This document shows positions 1 through 12,010 of a DNA stretch of 64,000 bases, in pieces. The stretch covers positions 1 through 64,000 of the forward strand of contig JBOEGF010000022.1 of the NCBI GenBank assembly GCA_050633305.1, in the 5' to 3' direction. The notes under the pieces are model-generated. The model saw only the letters and a list, made by a program, of their open reading frames with translations, did not search any database and was not told the DNA's origin. This DNA comes from Nannocystales bacterium. Lineage in GTDB: Bacteria; Myxococcota_A; Polyangia; Nannocystales; Nannocystaceae. A program made the position numbers and the translations under genes. Position 1 is the stretch's first letter. Every line of letters starts with the position of its first letter.

Positions 1-491
1 GCGAAGACGAGCCTGACTGCGACCCGGAGTTGGTCTGCGACCAAGCCGAGACCTGCTTCGAGGGCGTTTTGTATCCGACGGGCTGCGGGTCAGCGAACTG
101 CGACATGCCGATTGGGGAGTGCGACCCCGACCCCGTGGAGTGCGACCCCATGATGGGCTGCGGTGAGGCCGAGACGTGCTTCGATGGCGTGCTGTACCCG
201 ACGACGTGCGGCCCTGCGAACTGCGACAAGCCCATCGGTGAGTGCAAAGACCCGGAGCCGAAGTGCGACCCGATGATGCTTTGCGACGATGCGCTCACGT
301 GTTTCGGAGACCTGCTCTACCCCAGCGGTTGTGGCCCCGCGAACTGCGACGGGCCGATCGGGGCCTGTCCTCCCGACGACTGCGACCCGATGATGGGCTG
401 CGGCGACGCAGAGACTTGCGTCGACGGCTGGCTGTACCCCTCGACGTGCGGCCCGGACAACTGCGACGAGCCCATCGGCGAGTGCGGCTGA
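1..491 (+). CDS. C-terminal part of a Cys-rich tandem-repeat protein (four ~35-40 aa units, 6 Cys each, Kazal-like spacing); 5' end lies outside the window
   Basis: Frame is open from base 3 (EDEPDCDPELVC...) to TGA at 489-491. Repeat C-DP-x3-C-x2-A-x-T-C-x2-G-x-LYP-x2-CG-x2-NCD-x-PIG-x-C occurs four times. Confidence 0.8.
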   Translation, partial: EDEPDCDPELVCDQAETCFEGVLYPTGCGSANCDMPIGECDPDPVECDPMMGCGEAETCFDGVLYPTTCGPANCDKPIGECKDPEPKCDPMMLCDDALTCFGDLLYPSGCGPANCDGPIGACPPDDCDPMMGCGDAETCVDGWLYPSTCGPDNCDEPIGECG

Positions 492-576
492 GTTCGTTTC
501 GCCGCGGTTGCGGCGGACCTCTCGTTGACGAGAGCGTCCGCCGGGTCGACGAGGGCGTTGCGACGTTGTCGAGGTT

Positions 577-1089
577 CTAGCGGTGCGCGAGAAAGCGGCT
601 GCGAGAGGCTTGAGCGCACCCCGCCCGCACAGTGTCGGGCCGCTGGATCGGAACCCCGCCGGTGTCCGGGCACTTGGGAAGCGCTGGCGCCGGGCGGTTG
701 AACGGATCGCGCAGGTCCTCGGCGGGTTTCGGAGCACGCCGTCTTCGCGGGGGCTCTTCAAACGGATCCCGAAGATCGGGTCGCCGCGCGCTTGCCCGGC
801 GACGCCGCTTGGGCTTGGTGCTCGACTCAGTGGAGCCCGCCGATGGAGCGGGGGCCCGAGCCTTCGAGGCACGGAACGGGTTGCGAAGATCGAAGGCCGA
901 CGGCGCGGCATCGAGGGATGCCGGCCGAGCGCGAAAGTCGATCAGCAGCAGCGGTGAGCTGGGCGCGTCGGCTGAGTCGGTGCCCGTCGGCTGGGCTGAA
1001 GTCGCTTCAGCTTCCGTCGCGTTGGGGGAGGGACTCGGCTCAGGGGCGACAAAGAGTCGCGCGAGCGCAAGCAGCACCAAGGTCCCCAC
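577..1089 (-). CDS. Hypothetical exported/anchored protein with three DLR[DN]PF motifs
   Basis: Hydrophobic N-terminus, Pro/Ser/Ala-rich linker, FDLRNPF / PDLRDPF / EDLRDPF and a C-terminal Cys pair. Confidence 0.6.
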   Translation of the reverse strand: MGTLVLLALARLFVAPEPSPSPNATEAEATSAQPTGTDSADAPSSPLLLIDFRARPASLDAAPSAFDLRNPFRASKARAPAPSAGSTESSTKPKRRRRASARRPDLRDPFEEPPRRRRAPKPAEDLRDPFNRPAPALPKCPDTGGVPIQRPDTVRAGCAQASRSRFLAHR

Positions 1090-1176
1090 CCCGGAAGAGT
1101 GCGGGAGGCCGAAACGCCGCGCAATGCCAATCTGGTCTCGAACGCGCGGCCGCGGGCGCCGAGACGCCCGAAGACC

Positions 1177-3102
1177 TCACAGCGAGCGCGGATCTGTCAG
1201 GCGGCCGGTGATCGCGGACGCTGCGGCGACGGCTGGAGATACCAGGTAGACGGGGCCTGGTGCCCCCATTCGTCGGTCGAAGTTCCGGTTCGTGGTGCTG
1301 GCGGTGGTCTCGCCGTCGTGCGGAACTCCGGGGCCGTTTCCGATGCAGCTTCCGCAGCCGGGTGCTGTGATGACCGCACCGACCCGTTCGAACTCCTCGA
1401 GGAGCCCTTCGGCTTGGGCCGCGGCAAACACGTCTGCGCTGGAGGGTGTGACGGTCAGCCGGACGCCCTTCGCAAGGTCGCGATTCTTGAGCACGTCGGT
1501 GGCGGCTCGCAGGTCGGTGAGGGACCCGCCCGTGCAAGAGGCGATCACGATGTTGTGGACCTTCACCTCCGAGACGTCGGACAGGGGCTTGCGGTTGCGG
1601 GAGTCGCCGGGGGTGGCGACGGTCAGCGGAACGTCGTCGAGGTTGATGTTGAAGGTCTTGACGTACTCGGCGTCCGGGTCGGGCTCGACGAAGGCATCCG
1701 CGAAGTCCTGTCCTCGGCGCTCCTGGAGGAACGTGCGGACCGACTTGCAGGGCTCGACGATGCCCGTCATGAGGCCGCCCTCGACCGTCATGTTGGTGAT
1801 CACGGAGAGCTCATCGACGTTCCACTGGTCGAGGCCGGAACCGCCGAGCTGAATGACGGCCGTATCGGTGGGGGACTCGCGCCACTGCTCTTCACGGAAG
1901 TACGGGTCGCCGATGAGGTGGAGGATGAGGTCCTTCGGGGACAGCAGGCCTTTGCCGTCCCCTTCGACCAGCACACGGATGGTTCGCGGCACGGTCACCG
2001 GGATCATGCCCGTGCGCAGGGCGAACGACATCGCCGTGGAGCCGACTCCAAAGGCGAATGCGTTGAGGACGCCTGCCGTGGGGGTGTGGCTGTCGGTGAG
2101 CACGATGATCTCCCCGGGCCTGGCGTAGTCTTCGACCACGATACGGTGGCAAACCCCTGCGGGGAGCGCCTGTCCGGGACCATGCAGCCGCAGGCCGTGC
2201 TCCTTGGCGGCGTCGACCATTTGGTCGCGCAAGCGCCGGGCCGGCAGGAGTCGCTGCGTCTTGACGCGGTCCGGGACGGTAGGCTGATCGATGAGGACGA
2301 AGTGGTCCTCGAAGGCGGCGACGTCGTCGGGGCGCTCGACCGGAGCGTTCCCCCACTCCTGGGCGTACAGGTCCATCACCATGCCGCCGGTGTACTCGTG
2401 CACACCACGGAAGCCGGCTTCGCACAGGACCTGCTCTCCGGGGCGAACCGAGGCCAGTCCCTGCGGCTTGCCTTGTCCGGTCCACGCGCGCTTGGCCACG
2501 ATCTTCTCGATGCAGGTCATCGGCGCGGCTGCGCGTTCGACGGTGTAGCTAGGCTCGATGTCGCCGGCGAGGAGCTTGGTGCCGTACTGCAGCAGGCCAC
2601 CGCAGCTGGCGACCGCTGCGAAGAAGGGAGGAAGCGCCTCGGCCAAAGCCGCCGTGTCGATGTCCTCGCCAGCGTTGAGCCGCTCGACGACGGAGAAGTC
2701 GGTCGTGAACGGAAGACCGCTGTAGACCATGTTCTCCTGGAAGATCCGCTGGAAGCTCTTGGCGACGACCAGCTCGATGCCCGCGCCTTGGTGAGCGACG
2801 ACGGCGACCTCGCGGCTGCTGCCCGAGCCGTACGCATCACCACCCACGACGACCTGGAACCCACCATCCTTGACGGTGTCCTTGTCGACGGTCTCCTTGA
2901 AGTTCTGCAGGAAGTAAGGTCCGAGGATGTCGCCGGTGTAGCCCAGCGTGCACGCTGCACCGTTGATCATGGCGTCGGTGTTGACGCCAAAGTGAAGGGC
3001 GGGGGGGTCCTGGGTGGAGAAGGCGGCGTTCTCACCCGCGAGTTGAGACGCAAGCGCGCCTTCGTCATCGGTCAGCCACAGCACCCGTCCGGTCAGCTTC
3101 AT
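1177..3102 (-). CDS. Aconitase-family dehydratase (3-isopropylmalate/homoaconitase-like), swivel domain fused N-terminal to the [4Fe-4S] domain
   Basis: N-terminal LeuD-like motifs (NTD; YGSGSSRE; AKSFQRIFQEN). LeuC-like motifs DSHT, ASCTGG, PGCGSCIG, STTNRNFDRRMG, VYLVSPAVAAASAITG. Confidence 0.88.
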   Translation of the reverse strand: MKLTGRVLWLTDDEGALASQLAGENAAFSTQDPPALHFGVNTDAMINGAACTLGYTGDILGPYFLQNFKETVDKDTVKDGGFQVVVGGDAYGSGSSREVAVVAHQGAGIELVVAKSFQRIFQENMVYSGLPFTTDFSVVERLNAGEDIDTAALAEALPPFFAAVASCGGLLQYGTKLLAGDIEPSYTVERAAAPMTCIEKIVAKRAWTGQGKPQGLASVRPGEQVLCEAGFRGVHEYTGGMVMDLYAQEWGNAPVERPDDVAAFEDHFVLIDQPTVPDRVKTQRLLPARRLRDQMVDAAKEHGLRLHGPGQALPAGVCHRIVVEDYARPGEIIVLTDSHTPTAGVLNAFAFGVGSTAMSFALRTGMIPVTVPRTIRVLVEGDGKGLLSPKDLILHLIGDPYFREEQWRESPTDTAVIQLGGSGLDQWNVDELSVITNMTVEGGLMTGIVEPCKSVRTFLQERRGQDFADAFVEPDPDAEYVKTFNINLDDVPLTVATPGDSRNRKPLSDVSEVKVHNIVIASCTGGSLTDLRAATDVLKNRDLAKGVRLTVTPSSADVFAAAQAEGLLEEFERVGAVITAPGCGSCIGNGPGVPHDGETTASTTNRNFDRRMGAPGPVYLVSPAVAAASAITGRLTDPRSL

Positions 3103-3150
3103 CGGCGGGACTCTACCCTGGCCGCCGCCGGGCCGAAGATGACGAAACGC

Positions 3151-3183
3151 AAGAACCCCGCCCCCGGGCGGGGGAGGGGTTTG
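3151..3183 (-). terminator. Intrinsic terminator downstream of the YccA-family gene
   Basis: GC-rich hairpin on the minus strand, AACCCCTCCCCC-GCCC-GGGGGCGGGGTT, followed by CTTGCGTTT. Confidence 0.55.
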
Positions 3184-3211
3184 ACCTGCGAAACCTCTCA
3201 GCGCGCTTGCG

Positions 3212-3931
3212 TCAGTCTCGACTGCCGCCGAAGAGGCGCAGCAGGGACAAAAACAGGTTGATGAAGTTGATGTAGAGGACCAGCGCGCCGAGGACCGCGA
3301 GGTTGCCGCGGCCGCCGCGGGCTCGGTACAGCTGCTTGATCGCCTGGGTGTAGTACGCGGTCAGGCCCGCGGACACGGCGGCGATCAGCGCCGAGATGCC
3401 AAGGCTCATCGAGACGCTCTGGACCAAGAACCCGTTGACGAGTGAGGCGATGATCGCCCCGAGCAGCGCCATCACCATGAACTGACCCATTCCCGAGAGG
3501 TCTTTCTTGGTGATGTAGCCCAGGACGCCCATGCCCGCGAACATGCCCACCGTCGCCGCCATGACCCCCGCGATGTTGCCCACCGGATAGACCAGCGGCA
3601 CGTACGAGAGCGCGACGCCCATCATGGCGGCGTAGCCAAAGAAGCCCGCGGCGGCCAGGCTGCGGTCCATTCGGGGCACCATGCGCTGCAGCGCGATCGC
3701 CATGATGAACGTGCCGATCGACAGGATCATGCCCAGTGGGCTGCCCCACACCGCATTGAAAATGGACGGACGGGTGCTGATGCCCCAGGCGACCACACCC
3801 GTGATGGAGACACCTGCAGCCATCCACAGGTAGACGCCGTTCATGAACTGGCGGGTGCCGTCGTGCAGCTGCCCACGTGGGGAGGCCGAGCGCGCTGGCT
3901 CATACCCACGCTCTTGCTGAAAACCGTGCAT
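3212..3931 (-). CDS. Bax inhibitor-1/YccA family membrane protein
   Basis: About 7 TM segments. FMNGVYLWMAAG, YITKKDLSGMG and the C-terminal GALVLYINFINLFLSLLRLFG are typical of the family. Confidence 0.92.
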   Translation of the reverse strand: MHGFQQERGYEPARSASPRGQLHDGTRQFMNGVYLWMAAGVSITGVVAWGISTRPSIFNAVWGSPLGMILSIGTFIMAIALQRMVPRMDRSLAAAGFFGYAAMMGVALSYVPLVYPVGNIAGVMAATVGMFAGMGVLGYITKKDLSGMGQFMVMALLGAIIASLVNGFLVQSVSMSLGISALIAAVSAGLTAYYTQAIKQLYRARGGRGNLAVLGALVLYINFINLFLSLLRLFGGSRD

Positions 3932-3956
3932 ACCGACACTCTTGTCACGGATCGGT

Positions 3957-4517
3957 ATGGGTCAACCTCGCGCGCTCCTCGGACGCCCCTCGTTTGCGTT
4001 CCGTTCGCAGTCCGCCGCGCCCGCGGCGCGGACGCTTCTCCTCACTGTGGGGCTCCTCACCGCCTGCTCCGGCTCCTCCAAGGAGACGAACTTTTCGTTC
4101 CTGTCTTCCCCGGCGCAGGGGCGACCCGCGACCTGTCCCGACGATGCGGTCGACCCGGGCGGCCCCGGCGGCGGACCCATGGCGCCCAAGTGCTCCTACG
4201 ACAACGCGAAGTCGGGCTTGGTCCAACTGCGGGGCTCCGTCCTGTTGCAGGGCGCCGATGGCACCCGTCACGCGCCCGCCGAAGGCATGCGCGTGACCGT
4301 GCATCGCGAGGGCGGCGACTCGATTGGGCGCACTGTGTCCGACGCGCAGGGGCGCTTCAGTGTCAGCCTCTCGACGGGCCCCGGCTCGTACCGCCTGCGG
4401 GCCGTCACCACGGAGTCGGGGGAAGTCCTGGCCGAGAGACCGTTCGTCATCGTGGAAGGTGCACGCTCGGTGGATGGCCTCGATCTGCTGCTGACGGTCG
4501 ACCCGGCGCTCCGCTGA
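3957..4517 (+). CDS. Putative lipoprotein with a carboxypeptidase-regulatory-like (transthyretin-like) beta-sandwich
   Basis: Lipobox GLLTAC; TVSDAQGRFSV...GSYRLRA pattern. Start uncertain (3942 or 3957). Confidence 0.6.
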   Translation: MGQPRALLGRPSFAFRSQSAAPAARTLLLTVGLLTACSGSSKETNFSFLSSPAQGRPATCPDDAVDPGGPGGGPMAPKCSYDNAKSGLVQLRGSVLLQGADGTRHAPAEGMRVTVHREGGDSIGRTVSDAQGRFSVSLSTGPGSYRLRAVTTESGEVLAERPFVIVEGARSVDGLDLLLTVDPALR

Positions 4518-4581
4518 GGACGTGAGGAGGGGCCCTTTTCGGCCGGCGCCGATCGGCGGGCCCATGCAGTAGTCTGCCGCC

Positions 4582-7446
<2,865 letters not shown>

Positions 7447-7458
7447 GCCGGTCGCGGC

Positions 7459-8430
7459 TTACGGGAAGTCGAAGACGACGGTGTTGGCGGCCGTCTGCAG
7501 CGCAGCCCGGGCTTCCGCGACCCGTGAACTCGCCGCGGCCAGCTGCTCGGTCGCGGTCGACTTGCGGCGGCTGATCGGCGCCTGAAGGCCGGCAATCGCC
7601 AGCTCGAGGTCCGCGGTCCGCTTGCGGAACACGTCCAGCCAGAACACGCCGACGGCCTCCGCGGGGTGAGCATCATGCCAAGCTTCGAGTCCGTCTCGGG
7701 CGGACGTGAGCGCGTCGCTGGCGAGCTTGCATGCCTGCGGAATGGGCCTTCGCTGCGTGATGCAAGGGAAGGCGGCGCGGCCCAGGACGGCCGTGTTTGT
7801 CACATGCCACGCGGCGGACGAAGCCTCCCCGCCGCGCCCGAGTGCGTCGAGCCACTGTGCATCCGCTTTGTCCTGCTCTGCCTCGAGTGTCGTCGCGAAG
7901 GCTGTCGCGGCCACGTGCGCCGCTTCGTAGGACTCTTCGAGCCCAGGGAGTTCGGCTTGCAGCTTGGCCCACTTGTCGGAGACGTAACCTTGCGTGTCGA
8001 AGTACTCCCGCAGCTCGGCCGCTCGGTTGCCATAGCCGCGTGCCGCGAGCACATAGGCCCGGCCTTGCGTCGGGAGCTCGGGAGGGACCCCGGCGGTCGG
8101 TTCTGCTCCCAACGGACAGGCGTCGAGTAGCTCTCCATCGAGCGTGTCGAAGAATGGCTGCAGGTCCCGCTTGCGAACGCGAAGCTTCTTCGTGTCCACA
8201 TCCTGCCCCAGTCGCGCCCACGAGCGTTCGAGGCGGCTTCCCGTGCGCATCAAGCAACGGCTCCATTGCGTGAGCCGTTCGCGGCGCGCCTGCAGAGGAT
8301 CCTGGGTCTTTGCGTCGTCCGATTCTTGGGGCGAGGCGTCGACGAACTCGGGGAGGGCGGGCTCGGGTGGTGCATCCTCGGAGACACCACAGCCCAGCGC
8401 CGCGACAAACGCGAGCGTGCTGCGCTTCAT
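7459..8430 (-). CDS. Helical lipoprotein, YiiG/DUF3829-like
   Basis: Lipobox AALGC. The segment YFDTQGYVSDKWAKLQ resembles the YiiG YY..E.YKDD.F.KG motif. Starts 3 nt after the DAGK stop. Confidence 0.6.
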   Translation of the reverse strand: MKRSTLAFVAALGCGVSEDAPPEPALPEFVDASPQESDDAKTQDPLQARRERLTQWSRCLMRTGSRLERSWARLGQDVDTKKLRVRKRDLQPFFDTLDGELLDACPLGAEPTAGVPPELPTQGRAYVLAARGYGNRAAELREYFDTQGYVSDKWAKLQAELPGLEESYEAAHVAATAFATTLEAEQDKADAQWLDALGRGGEASSAAWHVTNTAVLGRAAFPCITQRRPIPQACKLASDALTSARDGLEAWHDAHPAEAVGVFWLDVFRKRTADLELAIAGLQAPISRRKSTATEQLAAASSRVAEARAALQTAANTVVFDFP

Positions 8431-8432
8431 CC

Positions 8433-9476
8433 TCAGATCCACTGGGCGTCCTCGGGGACGATGATGCGCAGGTGGTGGAAGAGGTTCTCCACCCGGTAGC
8501 GCGAGGTCGCGGGGAACTCCTCCCCGTCGATCTGGGCGTGCACGTTCTCGAGGGCTTCGGGGCGATGGACGGTCATCTCGATGGTCTTGCCGCGAGGAAC
8601 CGAGCGCTTCGGAACGCCCAGCACCTCCAGGTCATCCGAGGTGACCGGGTTGCGCTTGTGGCCGCCGATGGCCGCCGCCGCCCAGTCGGCATGTCCGCGG
8701 AGCACCACAACCTCGAACCGTCCATCGTCGGGCTTCGCGTCGGGCGCGAAGATCCAATCCCCAGCATAGAGGATGGTGCCTTGGATGAGCACGTCGGTCA
8801 CACCCTCGTAGTGTGATGGCTGGCCGTCGATCACCAGGTCGAGCGAGAAGGACTTGCGGCTGACGAGGTTGCCCAGGAGCGTGCGCAAGGTGGCGCTCGT
8901 GTAGACCACCTTGTCCCGATAGAAGCGCCGGAGCAGCGGCATGTGTTCGACCCACTCCCGCTCCCGGTTCCGGCGGTAGAGGATCTGAGCCGACAGGCCC
9001 AGCCCGCAGCTGTCGAACCACAGGTCGCTGAGTACGACGTCGTCGTTGTCGTTCATCGCTTCGATCCGGCCGACGTCGAGCCACTGCTCGATGCCCTCCG
9101 CGATCACGTCGACGTTTCGTCGCAACGCCTTGTTCCCCGCAAGGATTCCGAACGATCGACCTTGGTCGTTGGCGGTTCCCATCGGGAGCATCCCCAGGGG
9201 GACGTCGACGCCGGAGCGTTCGCGAGAGAGGATGATCGCCTTGGCGGCTTCGGCGAAGGTTCCATCGCCGCCCATGTAGACGACGCGCGCCGCGTCCTCG
9301 CGCTCGAGCCGTTCGGCGAGTGCGGGTACGGTTTCGCCGTCGGGGAGGGTGGCGAAGAACTCCGGTGCCAGGCCCGCCTCGGCGAGCGCGGTCATCGCGT
9401 CGTCGATGAACTTCTTGGCCGCTCCGCTGCGCGCGGTCGGGTTGGCGACGAGGACCGTGGTGCGAGGGTTGGGCAC
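8433..9476 (-). CDS. Diacylglycerol kinase family (DAGK/YegS-like) lipid kinase
   Basis: ANPTARSG, MGGDGTF, LPMGTANDQ, DVGRI, AKPDDGRFEV, QIDGEE. Start placed at GTG 9476, 10 nt after a TACCGT box. Confidence 0.9.
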   Translation of the reverse strand: MPNPRTTVLVANPTARSGAAKKFIDDAMTALAEAGLAPEFFATLPDGETVPALAERLEREDAARVVYMGGDGTFAEAAKAIILSRERSGVDVPLGMLPMGTANDQGRSFGILAGNKALRRNVDVIAEGIEQWLDVGRIEAMNDNDDVVLSDLWFDSCGLGLSAQILYRRNREREWVEHMPLLRRFYRDKVVYTSATLRTLLGNLVSRKSFSLDLVIDGQPSHYEGVTDVLIQGTILYAGDWIFAPDAKPDDGRFEVVVLRGHADWAAAAIGGHKRNPVTSDDLEVLGVPKRSVPRGKTIEMTVHRPEALENVHAQIDGEEFPATSRYRVENLFHHLRIIVPEDAQWI

Positions 9477-9592
9477 CGAGGCCGCAACGGTAGCAGAACA
9501 GGGCTCCGGCGGCGGTTTCACCCGGACCTTCCGCGGTTTTGTGAGTCTGCGCATTCCGCGTCAAACCCGGAAATCTGCTACTGCTCGCCACC

Positions 9593-11899
9593 ATGAGGCG
9601 TTTCGTCATGGCCGCGCTGGCCTTGGTCCCCGCTGGGTGTTCGGTCTCCGCATCCACCTCCACGCAACCCACGACCCCCGCAGCTGAGGGTGGGGAGGAC
9701 GCGTTCGCGTTCGAAAACCCCGGCGGCATGTGGATGCCGGTTCAGATGGAGGCGCACGCGGAGACGCTTCGGAAGCTTGGTGTCGGCTTCGAGCCCGAAG
9801 CGCTCGCCGACCCGACCCAGTTCCCGCTCAACGCGGTGGTGAGTCTCGGTGGCTGTTCCGCCTCGTTCGTGTCGGAGCAGGGCTTGGTGATCACCAACCA
9901 CCACTGCGTGACCCGAGGCCTTCAGCACAACTCGACGCCCGAGAAGAACCTGCTGCGGGACGGGTTCCTCGCGGAAACCATCGAGGACGAGCCCTCTGCG
10001 GGGCCGACCTCGCGAATCTTCGTGACGACGTCGTTCACGGACGTGACGCAGAAGGTCCTTCCTGGCCTCGAGAAGATCGCCGATCCCACGGAGCGCTTCA
10101 AGGAACTCGACAAGCGGGTCAAGGCACTCGACAAGACTTGTGAAGCCAAGAGCGAGGACACGCGTTGCCGCATCGCGTCATACTTCGAAGGCGCTCAGTT
10201 CTTCGAGATCGAACAGCTTGAGATCAAAGACGTGCGGGTTGTCTACGCCCCGCACGCGGGCGTGGGTGTGTTCGGCGGTGAGGTCGACAACTGGCGGTGG
10301 CCCCGACACACGGGGGACTACTCGTTCCTGCGTGCGTACGTCGGCCCCGACGGAAAGCCGGCGCCCTACAGCGAGGACAACATCCCGTACAAGCCCGTCG
10401 CGCACCTCGAGCTGGCGAGTACACCGCTGCGCCCGGGTGACTTTGCGATGGTCGCGGGCTATCCCGGCCGGACCTATCGGCTCAAGACGGCCGACGAGGT
10501 GGCGACGGCGACGAACTACAGCTACCCGACCCGGATCGCCCGGAACGAGGCCTACATCGCCACGCTCGAAGCCCTGACCAAAGACGACAGGGACCTCGCC
10601 ATCAAGGCCGCATCCCGGCTTCGTGGGCTGCACAACTCGCTCACCAACGCCAAGGGCATGCGGGATGGGCTGGGTGCGGGCGGTCTTCTCGATCGCAAGC
10701 GTGAGCTCGAGTCCGACTTGAAAGCCTGGATCGAGTCCGACGACGCGCGGAAGACCGAGTACGGCGACGTGCTTGCGGCGCTCTCCGAGGTCTCCGACAA
10801 ACGAGCGAAGACCCGAGTTCGGGACGATGCGACCTCCGAGCTCCTCCGTGCCAGCACGTTGCTCGGCGTCGCGGGGATGGTGTGGACCGTTGGCGAGAAG
10901 CGCTCGGACGAGGAACTCGAGGAGCAGACCGTCGTTGCGATGCAGCAGCGGCTCGGCTCGCTGGGGAAGAGCTATGACCCCCGTCTCGACCGCGCGACGA
11001 TGAAGCTGGCGCTGATGCGGACCAGCGCGTTGCCTGAGGCGGATCGCCCGGACGCCATCCTCAAAGCGATCGTTGGCGACAAGGCCACGTTCCCTCTCGA
11101 CGAAGCGGCGGCCGACAAGGCCCTGGAGAAGCTCTACGGCAAGACCAAGCTCGGCGATCCCAAGGTTCGCTTGTCGTGGCTCCGCACCGCCACCAAGCCC
11201 AAGCTGGAGCGCAGCAAGGACCCGTTCTTCAAGCTCTCGAAGGCGCTCAAGGAGGCCACCGCCGACATCCGTGCTCGGCAGCAGGTCTACGAGGGCACGA
11301 TGGCCGCACTGCGGCCCCGCTACGTCGCCGCACTGCGGGCCTTCACCAACGGCCCGCTCGCTCCGGACGCCAACAGCACGCTGCGCGTCTCGTTCGGCAC
11401 GGTCCGTGGCTACAAGACCAGCCCCGAGGCGGACGTCTACCACCCGTTCACGACCGTCAGTCAGATGCTCGCCAAGCAGACTGGCGAGGAGCCGTTCAAC
11501 GCTCCGCCGCGAGTCATCGAAGCTGCGAAGACGGCCAAGGAAACCTCGTACGTTGATCCCGCGCTCGGCGATGTGCCACTCGACTTCCTCGCCGATCTGG
11601 ACATCACCGGAGGGAACTCCGGCTCAGCCACGCTCAACGCCAAGGGGGAGCTGATCGGGCTCGCGTTCGACGGGAACTACGAGTCGATTGCCAGCGATTG
11701 GGTGTTCATGCCCGACGTGACGCGGTCCATTCACGTGGATATCCGCTACATCCTGTGGGTCATGGACCACGTGGACGGTGCGCATCGGCTGATGGAAGAA
11801 ATGGGCGCGACCCCCCAATCCAAGATCCCAGACTCCAAGCCGCCCAAGGCCGGTGCGGGTGGATTGACGACCGCGCCTGCGAGCAAGCCCAGCAAGTAG
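9593..11899 (+). CDS. S46 family dipeptidyl peptidase (DPP7-type), lipoprotein
   Basis: GMWMP; GCSASFVS..GLVITNHHC (His); DNWRWPRHTGD (Asp); DITGGNSGS (Ser). AFDGN has Gly at the S1 position, as in DPP7 (DPP11 has Arg). Confidence 0.95.
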   Translation: MRRFVMAALALVPAGCSVSASTSTQPTTPAAEGGEDAFAFENPGGMWMPVQMEAHAETLRKLGVGFEPEALADPTQFPLNAVVSLGGCSASFVSEQGLVITNHHCVTRGLQHNSTPEKNLLRDGFLAETIEDEPSAGPTSRIFVTTSFTDVTQKVLPGLEKIADPTERFKELDKRVKALDKTCEAKSEDTRCRIASYFEGAQFFEIEQLEIKDVRVVYAPHAGVGVFGGEVDNWRWPRHTGDYSFLRAYVGPDGKPAPYSEDNIPYKPVAHLELASTPLRPGDFAMVAGYPGRTYRLKTADEVATATNYSYPTRIARNEAYIATLEALTKDDRDLAIKAASRLRGLHNSLTNAKGMRDGLGAGGLLDRKRELESDLKAWIESDDARKTEYGDVLAALSEVSDKRAKTRVRDDATSELLRASTLLGVAGMVWTVGEKRSDEELEEQTVVAMQQRLGSLGKSYDPRLDRATMKLALMRTSALPEADRPDAILKAIVGDKATFPLDEAAADKALEKLYGKTKLGDPKVRLSWLRTATKPKLERSKDPFFKLSKALKEATADIRARQQVYEGTMAALRPRYVAALRAFTNGPLAPDANSTLRVSFGTVRGYKTSPEADVYHPFTTVSQMLAKQTGEEPFNAPPRVIEAAKTAKETSYVDPALGDVPLDFLADLDITGGNSGSATLNAKGELIGLAFDGNYESIASDWVFMPDVTRSIHVDIRYILWVMDHVDGAHRLMEEMGATPQSKIPDSKPPKAGAGGLTTAPASKPSK

Positions 11900-11931
11900 T
11901 CGCGCTGCGGGCACGAAGCCCTGCGCCGATC

Positions 11932-11970
11932 AAAGAAGGGGCCCGCCGTATTGGCGAGGCCCCTTTCTTG
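11932..11970. terminator. Bidirectional intrinsic terminator between convergent genes
   Basis: AAAGAAGGGGCC-CGCC-GTATT-GGCG-A-GGCCCCTTTCTT inverted repeat with A/T tails on both sides. Confidence 0.8.
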
Positions 11971-12010
11971 ATCCCCCAGCTTCGAGCCGGAGGGACGGGA
12001 AAGCGCTCGA

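Noticed and set aside
1104..1130. Possible sigma54 promoter (TTGGCATTGCGCGGC, minus strand) before the 577-1089 gene
   Set aside because: The GG-to-GC spacing is one base short of the strict requirement.
4518..4581. Glycine riboswitch upstream of gcvP
   Set aside because: The gap is only 64 bp, no aptamer motifs are visible, and a -10 box sits 6 nt before the start.
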